DNA of 64,000 nucleotides from an uncultured Chloroflexia bacterium (GTDB lineage: Bacteria > Chloroflexota > Limnocylindria > Limnocylindrales > CSP1-4), in assembly GCA_963768655.1 (NCBI GenBank), contig CAVYIM010000004.1, positions 512,001 to 576,000 of the forward strand, read 5' to 3'. The first letter of the stretch is position 1, and the number at the start of each line of letters is the position of its first letter. The notes under the pieces were generated by a model. It saw nothing but the letters and a program-made list of their open reading frames with translations, searched no databases and was not told the origin of the DNA. The translations under genes were made by a program, and so were the position numbers. Of this stretch, positions 9,962 through 20,664 are shown in pieces.

Positions 9962-12187
9962 CTACGCCAGGTGCACGGCGGTGATCAGGAGATCGATCGC
10001 CTTGATGCCCAGGAACGGGGCGAAGATGCCGCCGACGCCGTAGATGAGCAGGTTGCGCCGCAACAGCTCCGCAGCCGGGGCCGCCCGGTAGGCGACGCCG
10101 CGGAGAGAGAGCGGCACCAGGGCGACGATGATCAGGGCGTTGAAGATGACTGCCGACAGGATGGCGCTCTGCGGATTCGACAGGCCCATGACGTTGAGGG
10201 AGTTCAGCTCCGGGTAGGCCACGACGAACATGGCCGGCAGGATGGCGAAGTACTTGGCCACGTCGTTGGCGATCGAGAAGGTCGTGATCGCGCCGCGGGT
10301 TATCAGGAGCTGCTTGCCGATGGCGATTACTTCGATCAGCTTGGTCGGGTCCGAGTCGAGATCGACCATGTTGGCCGCTTCCTTGCACGCGGAAGTGCCG
10401 CTGTTCATGGCCAGTCCCACGTCGGCCTGAGCCACCGCCGGGGCGTCGTTGGTGCCGTCGCCGGTCATCGCGACAAGGTGGCCGTCCGCCTGCTCGGCCC
10501 GAATTCGGGCGATCTTGTCCTCCGGCTTGGCCTGGGCCATGAAGTCGTCCACGCCCGCCTCGGCGGCGATCGTCCTGGCGGTCAGCGGGTTGTCGCCGGT
10601 GACCATGACGGTGCGGATCCCCATCCGGCGCAACTCGTCGAAGCGCGCGCGCAAGCCCGGCTTGACGGTGTCCTTCAGCTCGATCACGCCCAGGGGCCGG
10701 CCGTCGCGGCGAATGGCCAGTGGCGTGGCGCCGAGCGAGGAGATCTCGTCGGCGAGCGTGTTCAGCTCCGGCGGCGCCTCTTGGTCCAGGGCCGCCACGA
10801 TGGCGTCGACGGCGCCCTTGAGGACCACGGTGCCGTCGGTCAGGACCACGCCGCTGGTCCGCGACTCCGCGGAGAAGGGGACGACGGTAGCGATATCGGG
10901 CGACTCGGGAGTCGCCGTCCCGGCCGGCGCGGAGGGCGCCGCTTTGGCGCCCGAACCCGTGGCCGCGTCAAGCGCGGAGAGCCGCGCGCTGGCCAGCTCG
11001 ACGACCGATCTTCCTTCCGGAGTCTCGTCCTCTTCCGACGTGAGCAGAGCCGCCTCGAGCGCCTCGCGCTCGGTCGCGCCGGGCAGGGCCACGATCCGCG
11101 ACGCCAGCCGGTTGCCGAAGGTGATCGTGCCGGTCTTGTCGAGCAGGATCACGTCGACGTCCCCCGCCGCCTCGACGGCCCGGCCGCTCATGGCCAGGAC
11201 GTTGAAGCGGGCGACGCGGTCCATGCCGGCGATGCCGATGGCCGAGAGCAGACCGCCGATCGTGGTCGGGATCAGGCAGACGAGCAGGGCCACGAGGACG
11301 ACGATGCCCAGCGGCGCGCCGGCGTACAGCCCGAAGGGTCGAAGTGTGGCGGTCGCCAGCAGGAAGACCAGCGTCAGGCCGGAGAGCAGGATCGACAGGG
11401 CGATCTCGTTCGGGGTCCGCTGCCGCTTCGCGCCCTCGACCAGGGCGATCATGCGATCGAGGAAGGTCTCGCCCGGGTTGGCGGTGATGCTGATGGTCAG
11501 CGTGTCGCTGGTGACGGTGGTGCCACCGGTGACGCTGCTGCGGATGTCCGTGCCCGGCTCCTTGAGAACGGGCGCGGACTCGCCGGTAATCACCGCCTCG
11601 TTGACGTAGGCCACGCCCTCGATCACGTCGCCGTCGCCGGGGATCGTCTCGCCCTCGCGCACGACGACGATGTCGCCGCACCGCAAAGCCGATGAGCCGA
11701 CGTCCTCGAACGTGCCGTCGTCGCAGCGGCGGTGAGCCATCGTCTCGGAGCGGGTCTTGCGCAGGGTCGCCGCCTGGGCCTTGCCGCGGGCCTCGGCCAG
11801 GGCCTCGGCGTACGTGGCGAAGTAGACGGTGAACCACAGCCAGACCGCGATCTGGAGCTCGAAGCCCGTGCCCCGGCCCACTTCGCCGGGCGCCGCCTTG
11901 CTCAAGCCGACGAAGTCGGAGATGAGGATCACCGTCACGAGCGCGGCAGTCACTTCGACCACGAACATGACCGGGTTCTTCGCCAGCTCGCGCGGGTTCA
12001 TCTTGCGAACCGCCGGGCCGAGTGCGCCGCGGAGAAGCTTCGGGTCGAAGATGCCCCGGTTGTGGGGGCTGCCCGCGGCCTGCGCCTGGCGGGCTTCGCG
12101 AGCCAGGCGGCGGGTGCCGCGGGCGGTGTCGATCACGGAGAGCGAGAAGAGCTTGCGGCGGAGGCCGCCCGCGGCTTCGAACGCCAT
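9962..12187 (-). CDS. kdpB: K+-transporting P-type ATPase subunit B
   Basis: [54 protein letters not shown] at 12187 overlaps the kdpA stop. Confidence 0.97.
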   Translation of the reverse strand: MAFEAAGGLRRKLFSLSVIDTARGTRRLAREARQAQAAGSPHNRGIFDPKLLRGALGPAVRKMNPRELAKNPVMFVVEVTAALVTVILISDFVGLSKAAPGEVGRGTGFELQIAVWLWFTVYFATYAEALAEARGKAQAATLRKTRSETMAHRRCDDGTFEDVGSSALRCGDIVVVREGETIPGDGDVIEGVAYVNEAVITGESAPVLKEPGTDIRSSVTGGTTVTSDTLTISITANPGETFLDRMIALVEGAKRQRTPNEIALSILLSGLTLVFLLATATLRPFGLYAGAPLGIVVLVALLVCLIPTTIGGLLSAIGIAGMDRVARFNVLAMSGRAVEAAGDVDVILLDKTGTITFGNRLASRIVALPGATEREALEAALLTSEEDETPEGRSVVELASARLSALDAATGSGAKAAPSAPAGTATPESPDIATVVPFSAESRTSGVVLTDGTVVLKGAVDAIVAALDQEAPPELNTLADEISSLGATPLAIRRDGRPLGVIELKDTVKPGLRARFDELRRMGIRTVMVTGDNPLTARTIAAEAGVDDFMAQAKPEDKIARIRAEQADGHLVAMTGDGTNDAPAVAQADVGLAMNSGTSACKEAANMVDLDSDPTKLIEVIAIGKQLLITRGAITTFSIANDVAKYFAILPAMFVVAYPELNSLNVMGLSNPQSAILSAVIFNALIIVALVPLSLRGVAYRAAPAAELLRRNLLIYGVGGIFAPFLGIKAIDLLITAVHLA

Positions 12188-13917
12188 CAGAACAGCCTCC
12201 CGGCGTTGTTGAGGAGCTGGTCGACGATCGGGCCGAGGGCGAGCGCAGGGAAGAAGGTCAGCGCACCGACGATGATGATCACGCCAAGCAGCAGCCCGAC
12301 CCATATCGGTCCCGTCGTTGGGAAGGTGCCGAGCGACGGCGCGACGCGGCGCTTACCGGCCATGGAGCCGGCGATGGCCAGGATCGGCACCATCATCGCG
12401 TAGCGGCCCAGCATCATGGCGAATGCGCCGGTTACGTTGTAGAAGAGGGTGTTGCCCGACAGGCCGGCGAACGCGGAGCCGTTGTTGCCGGTCTGGCTCG
12501 AGAACGCATACAGGATCTCGCTGAAGCCGTGGGGGCCGCCGTTGAGCGGCCCGGCTTTGCCCGCCGCCGTGGCGGTTGCCACCGCTGTGAAGAAGAGGAT
12601 GCTGAAGGCCAGGAAGAGGACCACCAACATGGCCATCTTCATCTCGTAGGCCTCGATCTTCTTGCCGAGGAACTCCGGCGTCCGGCCGACCATCAGCCCG
12701 GCAATGAAGACGGCGATGATGGCGAACGTGAGGATCCCGTAGAGGCCGGCGCCGATGCCGCCCGGAGTGATCTCGCCGAGCTCGATGTTGAACAGCGGGA
12801 CCAGGCCACCGATCGGCAGGAAGCTGTCGTGCATGGCGTTCACCGCCCCGGTGCTCGTGCCGGTCGTGACCGTCGCGAACAGGCCGCTGGCGTCGGCCCC
12901 GAAGCGAGTCTCCTTGCCCTCCATGTTCCCGGCCGACTGATTGACTTCCTGGGCGACCGCCGCCGGAATCGAGGGGTTCGAGCGTTCCTCGCTCGACATC
13001 GCCACCAGCGAGCCTGCCGAGAGCACGATCAGCATTACCGCCAGGAGGGCCCAGCCCTGCCGGGCGTTGCCGGCCATGCGTCCGAACGTATTCGTGAGCG
13101 CGAATGGGATGATGAGGATCAGCAACATCTCGACCCAGTCCGAGAGCGTCGTGGGGTTCTCGAACGGATGGGCGGAGTTGGCGTTGAAGAAGCCGCCGCC
13201 GTTGTTGCCCAGCTCCTTGATGGCTTCCTGAGACGCGACCGGGCCGAGCGGGATCGTCTGCACGGCGCCCTGCAGCGTGTGGACGCTGATGGAGCCGGCG
13301 AAGGTCTGGATCACGCCCTGCGAGACGAGGAACAGCGCGGCAACGAATGAGATCGGCAGCAGGATGTAGAGAGTGCTGCGGGTGAGGTCGACCCAGAAGT
13401 TGCCGATCGTGGTGGCCGACCGCCGGACCAGGCCACGGGTCAGCGCGATCGCGACGGCGATGCCCGAGGCGGCCGAGGTGAAGTTGCGGACGGCGAGCCC
13501 GGCCATCTGGGTCAGGTACGTCATCGTCTGCTCGCCCGAGTAGTTCTGCCAGTTCGTGTTGGTGTCGAAGCTGACGGAGGTGTTGTAGGCGAGGTCAGGA
13601 GCCACGGGGCCGACCGGGACGCCACCCTGGCTCAGCGGCAGCGACGCCTGGAAGCGCTGCTGCAGGTAGAGGGCCAGGATGCAGATGAAGGAGAAGAGGA
13701 TCACCGACACCGCGTACGCGGTCCAGCGCTGCTCGACCTTCTCGTCGACGCGGAGGACCTTGTAGACGCCGCGCTCGACAGGACGAATGACCGGCGAGAG
13801 GAATACCCGTTCGCCCTCCATCACCTTGCGGATGTAGCCGCCGAGCGGGCGCGCCAGAAGGATGGCGACGGCGAAGAGGCTGACGGCCTGGAGCAGGCCC
13901 GCCGGCGAAGGGATCAT
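12187..13917 (-). CDS. kdpA: K+-transporting ATPase subunit A
   Basis: [62 protein letters not shown]. Confidence 0.97.
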   Translation of the reverse strand: MIPSPAGLLQAVSLFAVAILLARPLGGYIRKVMEGERVFLSPVIRPVERGVYKVLRVDEKVEQRWTAYAVSVILFSFICILALYLQQRFQASLPLSQGGVPVGPVAPDLAYNTSVSFDTNTNWQNYSGEQTMTYLTQMAGLAVRNFTSAASGIAVAIALTRGLVRRSATTIGNFWVDLTRSTLYILLPISFVAALFLVSQGVIQTFAGSISVHTLQGAVQTIPLGPVASQEAIKELGNNGGGFFNANSAHPFENPTTLSDWVEMLLILIIPFALTNTFGRMAGNARQGWALLAVMLIVLSAGSLVAMSSEERSNPSIPAAVAQEVNQSAGNMEGKETRFGADASGLFATVTTGTSTGAVNAMHDSFLPIGGLVPLFNIELGEITPGGIGAGLYGILTFAIIAVFIAGLMVGRTPEFLGKKIEAYEMKMAMLVVLFLAFSILFFTAVATATAAGKAGPLNGGPHGFSEILYAFSSQTGNNGSAFAGLSGNTLFYNVTGAFAMMLGRYAMMVPILAIAGSMAGKRRVAPSLGTFPTTGPIWVGLLLGVIIIVGALTFFPALALGPIVDQLLNNAGRLF

Positions 13918-14006
13918 CAGAACCTCTCCGCGCGGAGGAGGGTGAACAGCAGGTAGATACCCAACAAGAGGACGACTACGCCGCCCAGAACGTCCTGTCC
14001 GTTCAT
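13917..14006 (-). CDS. kdpF: K+-transporting ATPase subunit F (29 aa)
   Basis: Manual translation MNGQDVLGGVVVLLLGIYLLFTLLRAERF with the YL..L..ERF ending; stop overlaps the kdpA start. Confidence 0.92.
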   Translation of the reverse strand: MNGQDVLGGVVVLLLGIYLLFTLLRAERF

Positions 14007-14095
14007 CGGGCCAGCCGATCGCACAGCCAGATCAGGCCCAGGAAGAACAGCAGGCAGGCTGTCATCAGGGCGACCATCGCGAGGTCAAAAGCCAT
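14003..14095 (-). CDS. Second small hydrophobic Kdp peptide (KdpG/KdpZ-like, 30 aa)
   Basis: MAFDLAMVALMTACLLFFLGLIWLCDRLAR, preceded by GGAGG; stop overlaps the kdpF ATG. Confidence 0.7.
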   Translation of the reverse strand: MAFDLAMVALMTACLLFFLGLIWLCDRLAR

Positions 14096-14501
14096 CGAAT
14101 CCTCCCTGGGATTCGACGTCTTCGCCGCTGCCGTCCCCGCCGCGGTGGCGCTCCACGATTTCGATGAGCGTCGGGACGGCGAACGGCTTGGGCAGGAAAC
14201 CGGCCACGCCGAACTCGCGCAGCCGGGCCGGCGGCACCGACGTGGCGCTGACCACGTACACGGGGGGCGACCCGGCGGCCCGCAGGCCGCCGCCGCGGAG
14301 CAGGTCCCAGCCCGATGCGCCGGGCAGGTTGATGTCGAGCAGCACGACCGTCGGACGGAAGCCGGAGCGGACCAGATCGACGGCCTCCTCAGCCGAGGCG
14401 ACCGCTCGGGCGTCGTGCCCACGGGCCCGCAGGTGCCGGACGACGATGCCGGCCAGGCCGCTGTCGTCCTCTACGAAGAGGACCCGCGCCGAATCAGTCA
14501 T
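14085..14501 (-). CDS. Single-domain response regulator (receiver only)
   Basis: VLFVEDD, VLLDINLPGASG, FLPKPF; no output domain. Confidence 0.88.
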   Translation of the reverse strand: MTDSARVLFVEDDSGLAGIVVRHLRARGHDARAVASAEEAVDLVRSGFRPTVVLLDINLPGASGWDLLRGGGLRAAGSPPVYVVSATSVPPARLREFGVAGFLPKPFAVPTLIEIVERHRGGDGSGEDVESQGGFDGF

Positions 14502-14793
14502 CTGTCGTGGCCGCGGCGTCCCTGGCGGGGCTATCGGCGGCTCGGCTCGTCGCGCTGACGCGGAGGTCGCCGCTGTCCTCCTCCGGCCAGAACGAGGCCT
14601 CGAGCGTGACGCCCTGCCGCGTGGCCGCATTCCTCAGACTCTGGGCCAGCTGCCGGCCGAAGCGCAGGCCGGTGAGTGTGACGCTGGTCGCCACGCCCGA
14701 GTGCACGAGAGCGATCGAAGCCCGGACGTCGGCGACCTCGCTCGCGAGTCGCTCCGTCGCTGGATCGAGCGTGGTCGCCCTGGTCGTGTCCAT
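14494..14793 (-). CDS. Uncharacterised small protein, first gene of the kdp operon; paralog of 37538-38023
   Basis: ADVRASIALVHSGVATSVTLTG aligns with ADIEAAVALVETGLATRVVLSG. Confidence 0.75.
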   Translation of the reverse strand: MDTTRATTLDPATERLASEVADVRASIALVHSGVATSVTLTGLRFGRQLAQSLRNAATRQGVTLEASFWPEEDSGDLRVSATSRAADSPARDAAATTDD

Positions 14794-14849
14794 GGCCCCA
14801 GCATCGATCCGGGGGCCAAGAGGCCGGGGGGCCTCGGGAGCCGGAATCG

Positions 14850-14866
14850 CTAAACACGGTCTAAAC
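14850..14866 (-). promoter_or_regulatory. Putative KdpE box GTTTAG-N5-GTTTAG
   Basis: Direct repeat with 11-bp period (OmpR-family geometry), 56 nt upstream of the kdp operon start; mirrored upstream of the kimA operon. Confidence 0.7.
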
Positions 14867-14936
14867 GACCTGGCCGGGGCTCCTGGTGAGCTGCGTCAGC
14901 CGGAGTCGCGGACAGCGGCGTTGCCGCCGATGCCCA

Positions 14937-16421
14937 TCAGTCGCAGACCGTGCCCACCTGGGTGGCGAGATTCTGCGCCTGCCGCGCGCGGCGAGCGGCG
15001 ACCTCCCGTGTCCCGGGAAGGAATAGCGCGGGAATGATGGCGAGGGCGGTGAGGCCGATTGACCACCAGAATGCGTTGTCGAATGCGGAGGCGCGGCCGA
15101 CAAGACCGCCGGCGGCTTGCGCGGCGAGCTGCGTCTGGAGGATCAGGGCGAAGACAGCCGCGCCAAAGGCGCCGCCAAGTTGCATCGTGATCCGAGTGGC
15201 GATACTGGCGTGAGCCACCTGGTCGGACCGCAAGCCTAGGTAGGCCGCAGCCATGATGGGGATGGTTACCGCTCCGAGGCCGGCGCCACGGACGACCAGA
15301 GAAGCGCCGAGAAGAAGCTCATTGCTGTTCACGCCGGCCTGCGTGTAGGCGAGCGTGCCAGCCACCGTGAGCAGAAAGCCACCGAGCACGATGGGTCGGG
15401 CGCCGATGCGGTCCGTTAGCCGGCCCGCATAGCCTCGGGTCAAGAGCATGCCCAAGCCCTGCGGGGCAAGCAGCAGACCGGCGGCGAGTGCGCTCTGCCC
15501 GCGCACCTGCTGCTCGTAAAGGGGCAGCAGCAGCATAGCCCCGTACACCGAGACACCCGAGAGAAACAGCAGGACGTTTGAGGCCGTGAAGGAACGCACC
15601 GCGAATAGCCGCAGGTCGAGGAGCGGCGGTCGCTTGGTGAGCAGCGCATGGAAGACAAAGCCACCGAGAAGCACGGCGCCGATAGCGACAGGCAGCAAGA
15701 CTGCAGAGTTGTCGAACCCACCATCACTGCCGGCCTGGGAGAGCCCGTAGATCATGGCGGCGAGACCGGGCGACAGCAAGGCCAAGCCAACCACGTCGAG
15801 GTACGAACTCCTCTGGGGCGCAGTTGGCGCCACGCCACGCCACGCCAGCACCAGGCCAGCCACGCAGAACGGGATGTTGACCCAGAAGATCCAGCGCCAC
15901 GGGAGCTGGCTCAGGATCAGGCCACCCAGGACCGGACCGAGGATCGGCCCCAGCAGCCCCGGAAGGCTGACCAGGGACATCATCCGCCCGAGGTTGCGCT
16001 CGCCTGCGGCATTGACCAGGAGGGTCAGCAGGACGGGCAGCATCAGGCCACCGCCGATGCCCTGCAGAACCCGGAAAGCGATGAGGACCTCGATGTTCCA
16101 GGCCAGGCTCGAGAGTATCGACCCGACCGTGAAGAGGGCGAGAGCGCCCATCCAGGTCTGCTTGGCGCCGAATCGATCCATCGCCCAGCCGCTGACCGGG
16201 ACCACCATCGCGAGTGCCAGCACGTAGGCGCTGATGACCCACTGGGTCGTTGACACCGACGCGCTCAACTCTCGCGACAGCGTATCGATGGCCACGTTGA
16301 CGATCGTCGTGTCGAACATGACCGCCATCGCCCCGGTGATCAGGATTACCGCAAGCTTCAGGAACGCCGGATCGAGCCCCTCGTTCTCTGCTGGCTCCTT
16401 CACGTGAGCGTTAGGCGTCAC
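14937..16421 (-). CDS. DHA2 (EmrB/QacA) family MFS efflux transporter
   Basis: FDTTIVNVA, GWAMDRFGAK, FRVLQGIGGG, WRWIFWVNIP; about 14 TM helices. Confidence 0.92.
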   Translation of the reverse strand: MTPNAHVKEPAENEGLDPAFLKLAVILITGAMAVMFDTTIVNVAIDTLSRELSASVSTTQWVISAYVLALAMVVPVSGWAMDRFGAKQTWMGALALFTVGSILSSLAWNIEVLIAFRVLQGIGGGLMLPVLLTLLVNAAGERNLGRMMSLVSLPGLLGPILGPVLGGLILSQLPWRWIFWVNIPFCVAGLVLAWRGVAPTAPQRSSYLDVVGLALLSPGLAAMIYGLSQAGSDGGFDNSAVLLPVAIGAVLLGGFVFHALLTKRPPLLDLRLFAVRSFTASNVLLFLSGVSVYGAMLLLPLYEQQVRGQSALAAGLLLAPQGLGMLLTRGYAGRLTDRIGARPIVLGGFLLTVAGTLAYTQAGVNSNELLLGASLVVRGAGLGAVTIPIMAAAYLGLRSDQVAHASIATRITMQLGGAFGAAVFALILQTQLAAQAAGGLVGRASAFDNAFWWSIGLTALAIIPALFLPGTREVAARRARQAQNLATQVGTVCD

Positions 16422-16448
16422 GATGGGGTCCTTTCGTGGATGGTATTT

Positions 16449-16520
16449 ACTTGCCGCCCGGTAAGTGGCAGGATTGATGCGGCGGAAGATACGCGCTAGC
16501 TAACCTGCCGTCAAGTAAGT
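16449..16520. promoter_or_regulatory. Two putative TetR operators in the divergent MFS/TetR promoter
   Basis: ACTTGCCG-cc-CGGTAAGT (16449-16466, near-palindrome) and the related ACCTGCCG-tc-AAGTAAGT (16503-16520). Confidence 0.65.
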
Positions 16521-16553
16521 TATCCACCCGAGCGGTTCGGAGGATCGGACCAG

Positions 16554-17147
16554 GTGAGTCCCCGCCAAGCAGATACGCGCAAGCGCGCACTGGATGTCGC
16601 CCTCGAGCTCTTCGCCGAGCAGGGCTACGAGAAGACGTCGCTGCGGGAGATCGCCGAGCGACTCGACGTCACGAAGGCCGCGCTCTACTACCACTTCGCG
16701 TCCAAAGAGGCGCTCCTGGCCGGGATCGTAGACAGCCTGGTCGAGCCTGCAGACGAGCTCGTGGCCTGGAGCCAGACGCAGCCGCGCACGACCGAATTCC
16801 GCCAGGAATACTTGCGTCGGCTGGCTCAGCTACTCCAGGGCCAGTGGAGCCGCTGGATCAGCTTCGTGCAGCAGAACCAGCCGGCCCTGCGCGATCACGG
16901 CGAGGCCGGGCAGAAGATGCAGAGCCGCTTGCTCCTGCTCTGCGCTCCCATCATCGAACCCGACGCCGCTCTCCAGGATCAGCTGCGCTCGCTCCTCGGC
17001 CTGCTCGCTGTCTACCTCGGGAATCTCGCTCCCGCTTCGGCGCTGCTCCGATCACTTGGCTTCGAAGCTACGCCCGAGGAGCTGACCGCAGCTGCCATGG
17101 ACGTCGCACTCGAGCTCGTGGGCGAGCGAACTTCCCGACGGTCCTGA
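16554..17147 (+). CDS. TetR/AcrR family transcriptional regulator
   Basis: ALELFAEQGYEKTSLREIAERLDVTKAALYYHFASKEALL. Confidence 0.95.
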   Translation: MSPRQADTRKRALDVALELFAEQGYEKTSLREIAERLDVTKAALYYHFASKEALLAGIVDSLVEPADELVAWSQTQPRTTEFRQEYLRRLAQLLQGQWSRWISFVQQNQPALRDHGEAGQKMQSRLLLLCAPIIEPDAALQDQLRSLLGLLAVYLGNLAPASALLRSLGFEATPEELTAAAMDVALELVGERTSRRS

Positions 17148-17466
17148 CGGCAGCGCGGCGGGCGTCCTTCCGTGTCGGCCCTCCATGGGGACCAGTCGTC
17201 GCTCCAGTCGGTGCGGGACCGCGACGGGTAGGCTGAACCTACCTGCTCCCCGTTCGGCGCCATCTGGTACCCGCGTCTGGTTCAGCGAATGAAGCCGACT
17301 GGGTGCAACTTTCGACCGGCGTCAGACGTACAGTTGGTGGGCGGCAAGCCCCTTGGATGCGGACAGAGCACCTGCCCCGAGCGACGCGGAAAGCATCCAT
17401 GCCGCCGACCGGCGGCGCCATGGATGGCCTCTCGGCCGGCTCGCTCTGACTGTGGGCGACCGCGGC

Positions 17467-17955
17467 GTGGCAAAGCTGGCGATTTTACTGGGGGCACTCG
17501 CGGTGGCGGCCGTTCTGCTCGGTGCCGTCGTGGTGATCCAGGGGGTCGGCAGGCAACCGGGCTCCCCGCCGGGAGCGGCGCCGTCACCCCAGGCGTCGGC
17601 AACAGCCACGCCGTCACCTCTGCCCAGCGGTGGGATTTCACAGACGATCGCAATTGCCCTTGCCCGTGGCAACGCCGGCATGATGGTCCAAGGGTTCGTC
17701 AGCGCCGTCGCCGGTCCATTCTCGGAACTCAACGAAGGCATCGGACCAGGCGCGGACATGGCCCCAACCCGGCTCGTTTGGGCCGTCACGCTCTCGGGAT
17801 ACGCCCAGCCCTGCCCGCCCAACGGAGCTACGTGTGAGCCGCCGAGGGTCGGCACCGTCACCTACTACTTCGACTACTTCACCGGCGCCTTCCTTGCCAG
17901 CTCCGGCTCATTCCCTGCGCCGCAGGCGACCGTCGCCATCACGGCGCGAGATTAG
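17467..17955 (+). CDS. Secreted or membrane-anchored hypothetical protein; paralog of 33755-34270
   Basis: N-terminal TM and P/S/T linker; RLVWAVT...CPP...C.PP...DYFTGAF is shared with the 33755-34270 protein. Start is uncertain (17353 or 17467). Confidence 0.7.
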   Translation: MAKLAILLGALAVAAVLLGAVVVIQGVGRQPGSPPGAAPSPQASATATPSPLPSGGISQTIAIALARGNAGMMVQGFVSAVAGPFSELNEGIGPGADMAPTRLVWAVTLSGYAQPCPPNGATCEPPRVGTVTYYFDYFTGAFLASSGSFPAPQATVAITARD

Positions 17956-17989
17956 TCGGGGCGAGAGGATTGAGGCCGAGATAACAAGC
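17955..17989 (+). repeat. att-like site L1
   Basis: GTCGGGGCGAGAGGA is identical to 30870-30884; GGCCGAGATAACAAGC (17974-17989) is identical to 19461-19476. Confidence 0.8.
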
Positions 17990-18091
17990 TAACCGTCGTA
18001 TGTCACGCGACCACGCTCTATCACGCCGGCCGGAGCTGATGGCAGAGCCCGCAGTCGCCCGACCGAGGCAGTCGGGTTCAAGCACCGCCCA

Positions 18092-19356
18092 TCAGGGTTT
18101 GAACAGTTCGGCGGAAGAGAAGGCTTCCTGACCGTCGCCTATGCCTCCCGCGATCAAGACGGTGCCGTCGGGCAGCAGGGTAGCCGTCTGATCGCTCCGG
18201 GCCTCGATCATCGAGCCGATCATGTGAAAGCCATTGGCCGGGTCGAACACTCCGGCCAACCGGACGGCGGCTCCAGAGAGGTCGCGACCTCCCTCGAAGA
18301 GGACGCGCCCATCGGGGAGAGGTGTGGCGGTGGAAGCGGACCACGCGAGCGGGGGGGAGATCGACCCGGACATTGTGACCGAATTTGTCGCGGGATCGAA
18401 CGTGACCAGGTAGTCGTAGGCACTCAAGAGTACGCGGCCATCCTTGAGCAGCGTAGCCGTGTCGGGTGCTCCCCAGGTGGTCGGGATCACGGACGGGAGC
18501 GCGAATGAGATCGAGGTGGACTTGGCGCGGCGGTGTCGTACAGATCCGCTCTTGGGACGCTGTCATCGCCGATGACCAGGATCTGGCCATTGGGCAGGAG
18601 AGTCGCCGTGGTGCCCCACATAACCGCTCGGCAGCGAGCCATCGAGCGTGAACTTGCCGGTCGCCGGGTCGTACATCTCAGCTCGGGTTTCACCGCCATT
18701 GAGCATCAGGACGCGCCCGTCAGGCAGGAAGTATCGCGCTGGCATCGGCGTGACCAACGGACATCGATCCCGTGGGCGTGAACTTGCCCGTCGCCGGGTC
18801 GTACAGCTCGGCCGTAACGCAAGCGGGTCTGTTCCCGCCGTCACAGGACCGGGGGTGCCCCACTCTTCCGAAGGCAGCCATAGCCACCGGCGATCAGGAC
18901 GCGGCCATCCGCCAGCAGCGTGGCAGTGGCATGGGAGCGAGCCGCCCTCATAGAGCCCGTGGGGGTGAACTTGCCGGTGCTCGTGTTGTAGGACAGCTCT
19001 GCGGACGAGACGACCTCGTCAAACGACGCGGTCTGCACGTCGCCTCCCCCGGCGATGAGGACCTTGCCGTCCTGGAGCAGTGTGGCGGTGGCGTCCATGC
19101 GCGCCCCGTGCATGCTGCTGGTCACGACGAATGTCGGCGTCGGCGTAGGCGTGGGCGTGGGCTTGGGAGTGGGCGTGGCGATCCAGCTGGCGGTCGGGCT
19201 GGCGGTCGAGCTCGGGCTCAGCGAGGGCGACGCCGTACTACCCCCGCAGCCAACGACGGCCACGATAAGGACCAACCCGGCCAAAAGTCGCCCGTCGAAA
19301 GCTGCGACCCAGGTCGATCCGCGGACTGGCTCTCCACGCTCCGTCCCCTCTGTCAT
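18092..19356 (-). pseudogene. Kelch-repeat (galactose-oxidase-like beta-propeller) exported protein, several frameshifts
   Basis: Signal/lipobox-like VAVVGC and a PT linker, then repeated ATLL.DG(K/R)VLIAGG...AELY.P.TGKF spread over several frames. Confidence 0.8.
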
Positions 19357-19435
19357 CTGAACGCCTTCAGGATGACGTATCGATGGAGCGCCCGTGACGC
19401 CACGGAAGGTGGCCGCAGAACGGGAGACAGGAGGT

Positions 19436-19476
19436 GGTGGGGACGACTGGAAGTAGCGCCGGCCGAGATAACAAGC
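19436..19476 (+). repeat. att-like site L2
   Basis: GGTGGGGACGACTGGAAGTAGCGCC resembles GGTCGGGGCGAGAGGAGTAGCGCC (30869-30892) and is followed by the L1 right arm. Confidence 0.65.
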
Positions 19477-19610
19477 CAGCCGGCGGAGGTCACGAGCGGC
19501 CGCTGCGAGACGACTGCCCGGCCGCTGAGTATTGAGCGCGAGACGAGGGGGGAGCTGATGGCAGAGCCGTCGCGGCCCGACCCAGTGAGTTGAGTTCAGG
19601 CGCGGCCCGC

Positions 19611-19714
19611 CATGGATTGAACAGCTCCGCCGACGAGACGGCGCCATTCTGCCGGTCGATGCCGCCCGCGACTGTCTCCCGCTGTCCATGCGAACCACTT
19701 GCAGGATGACGCAT
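19611..19714 (-). pseudogene. Remnant of a second Kelch gene (internally deleted)
   Basis: VAGGIDRQNGAVSSAELFNP parallels IAGGIGDGQEAFSSAELFKP. The flanks GGAGCTGATGGCAGAGCC and CAGGATGACG are duplicated from the first Kelch unit. Confidence 0.6.
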
Positions 19715-19759
19715 AGAAGGATTGCACGTGAAGCCGGGGCAGGTGGCACGGCCCTGAGT

Positions 19760-19783
19760 GGTGGGGACGAGAGCACAGGAGCC
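19760..19783 (+). repeat. Degenerate att-like site L3 (probable left end of the recombinase element)
   Basis: GGTGGGGACGAGAGCACAGGAGCC matches 30869-30892 at 17 of 24 positions. Confidence 0.5.
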
Positions 19784-20020
19784 TATCTCCCATTCGTCGC
19801 GTCGGCAAGGCGACCGGATTCGTTCCAGGTCTACCGTCTCTCGGCATCAGCCACAAGCTGACGGTGCAACCGCAGAAAACCGTTTGGGACCATCGGACCG
19901 CCTCGTACCACTAACAATCCCAAGACTCCGGAGGTAGGGTTCGGCTAGAGACTCGGCGTAGCCAATGGGTCGGTTGGGCCGTAGGTGACCATCCCAGTCC
20001 GAGTCGACAAGGGGTCGCGT

Positions 20021-20644
20021 GTGGAAGAATCTCAGTTCTGCACTCGTTGTGGCGCGCTTGCTGCGCATGAAGATGCGTTCTGCGGCAAATGCGGAACGCC
20101 TCTAGGTCCGAGGGATGCTAGCCAAGAAGTCATCTCCGGCAACGGGATCGATTGCCGCGACCGGAGGGTCATCGTCGAAGCGTTCGATCTCGTCGTGGGC
20201 GAAGCTCCTCCTGACGGCCTTGGTTGTGATCGCGGTTCTGGTCGGGCAGCAGTTGGCTACTACCAATTCGGACGTGGCGCAGCGACGCCGACACCGACGC
20301 CCACGCCGATGGCAACGATGAGCGACGCCGCCAAGCTTTGGTGCGCGGCTAACGACGACCCGACGGCGGGAGACGATATCGTGGCCGCTGCTGCCGAACA
20401 GCTAGGGATCAAGGTCCCGCCGGAGGTGGCGAACATAGAAGCGGCAATACTGACGCGGTCCCGTACCTCCGGAGCCGTGCCGGTCCCCGATGATGTCGCC
20501 GAGGCTTTCATCGAGTTCTACCGTAATGGTGGCTTCCAGACCTGGCGAGATTTCTCCCGAATACGCGCAGGCCTGCATGGCAGCGTTTGGCTTGCGCTGA
20601 CGCTCGTTATGAGATCGCCGCTCGGAAGGCGTTCGCGCCGATGA
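20021..20644 (+). pseudogene. Zinc-ribbon membrane protein, frameshifted
   Basis: FCTRCG...AFCGKCG N-terminus; the TM WAKLLLTALVVIAVLVG lies in another frame; paralog of the next gene. Confidence 0.65.
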
Positions 20645-20664
20645 TTGCCTAGGGGGTTGCGGAG

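Noticed and set aside
17172-17243. Inverted GGAGGGCCGACAC and the hairpin GGTAGG-CTGAA-CCTACC as a further att site
   Set aside because: The match is too short and in the opposite orientation; the hairpin may simply be a terminator after tetR.
17950-17990. Intact tRNA-Pro at L1, R0 or R5
   Set aside because: Only acceptor/T-stem-like halves are present; no D or anticodon arms are visible.
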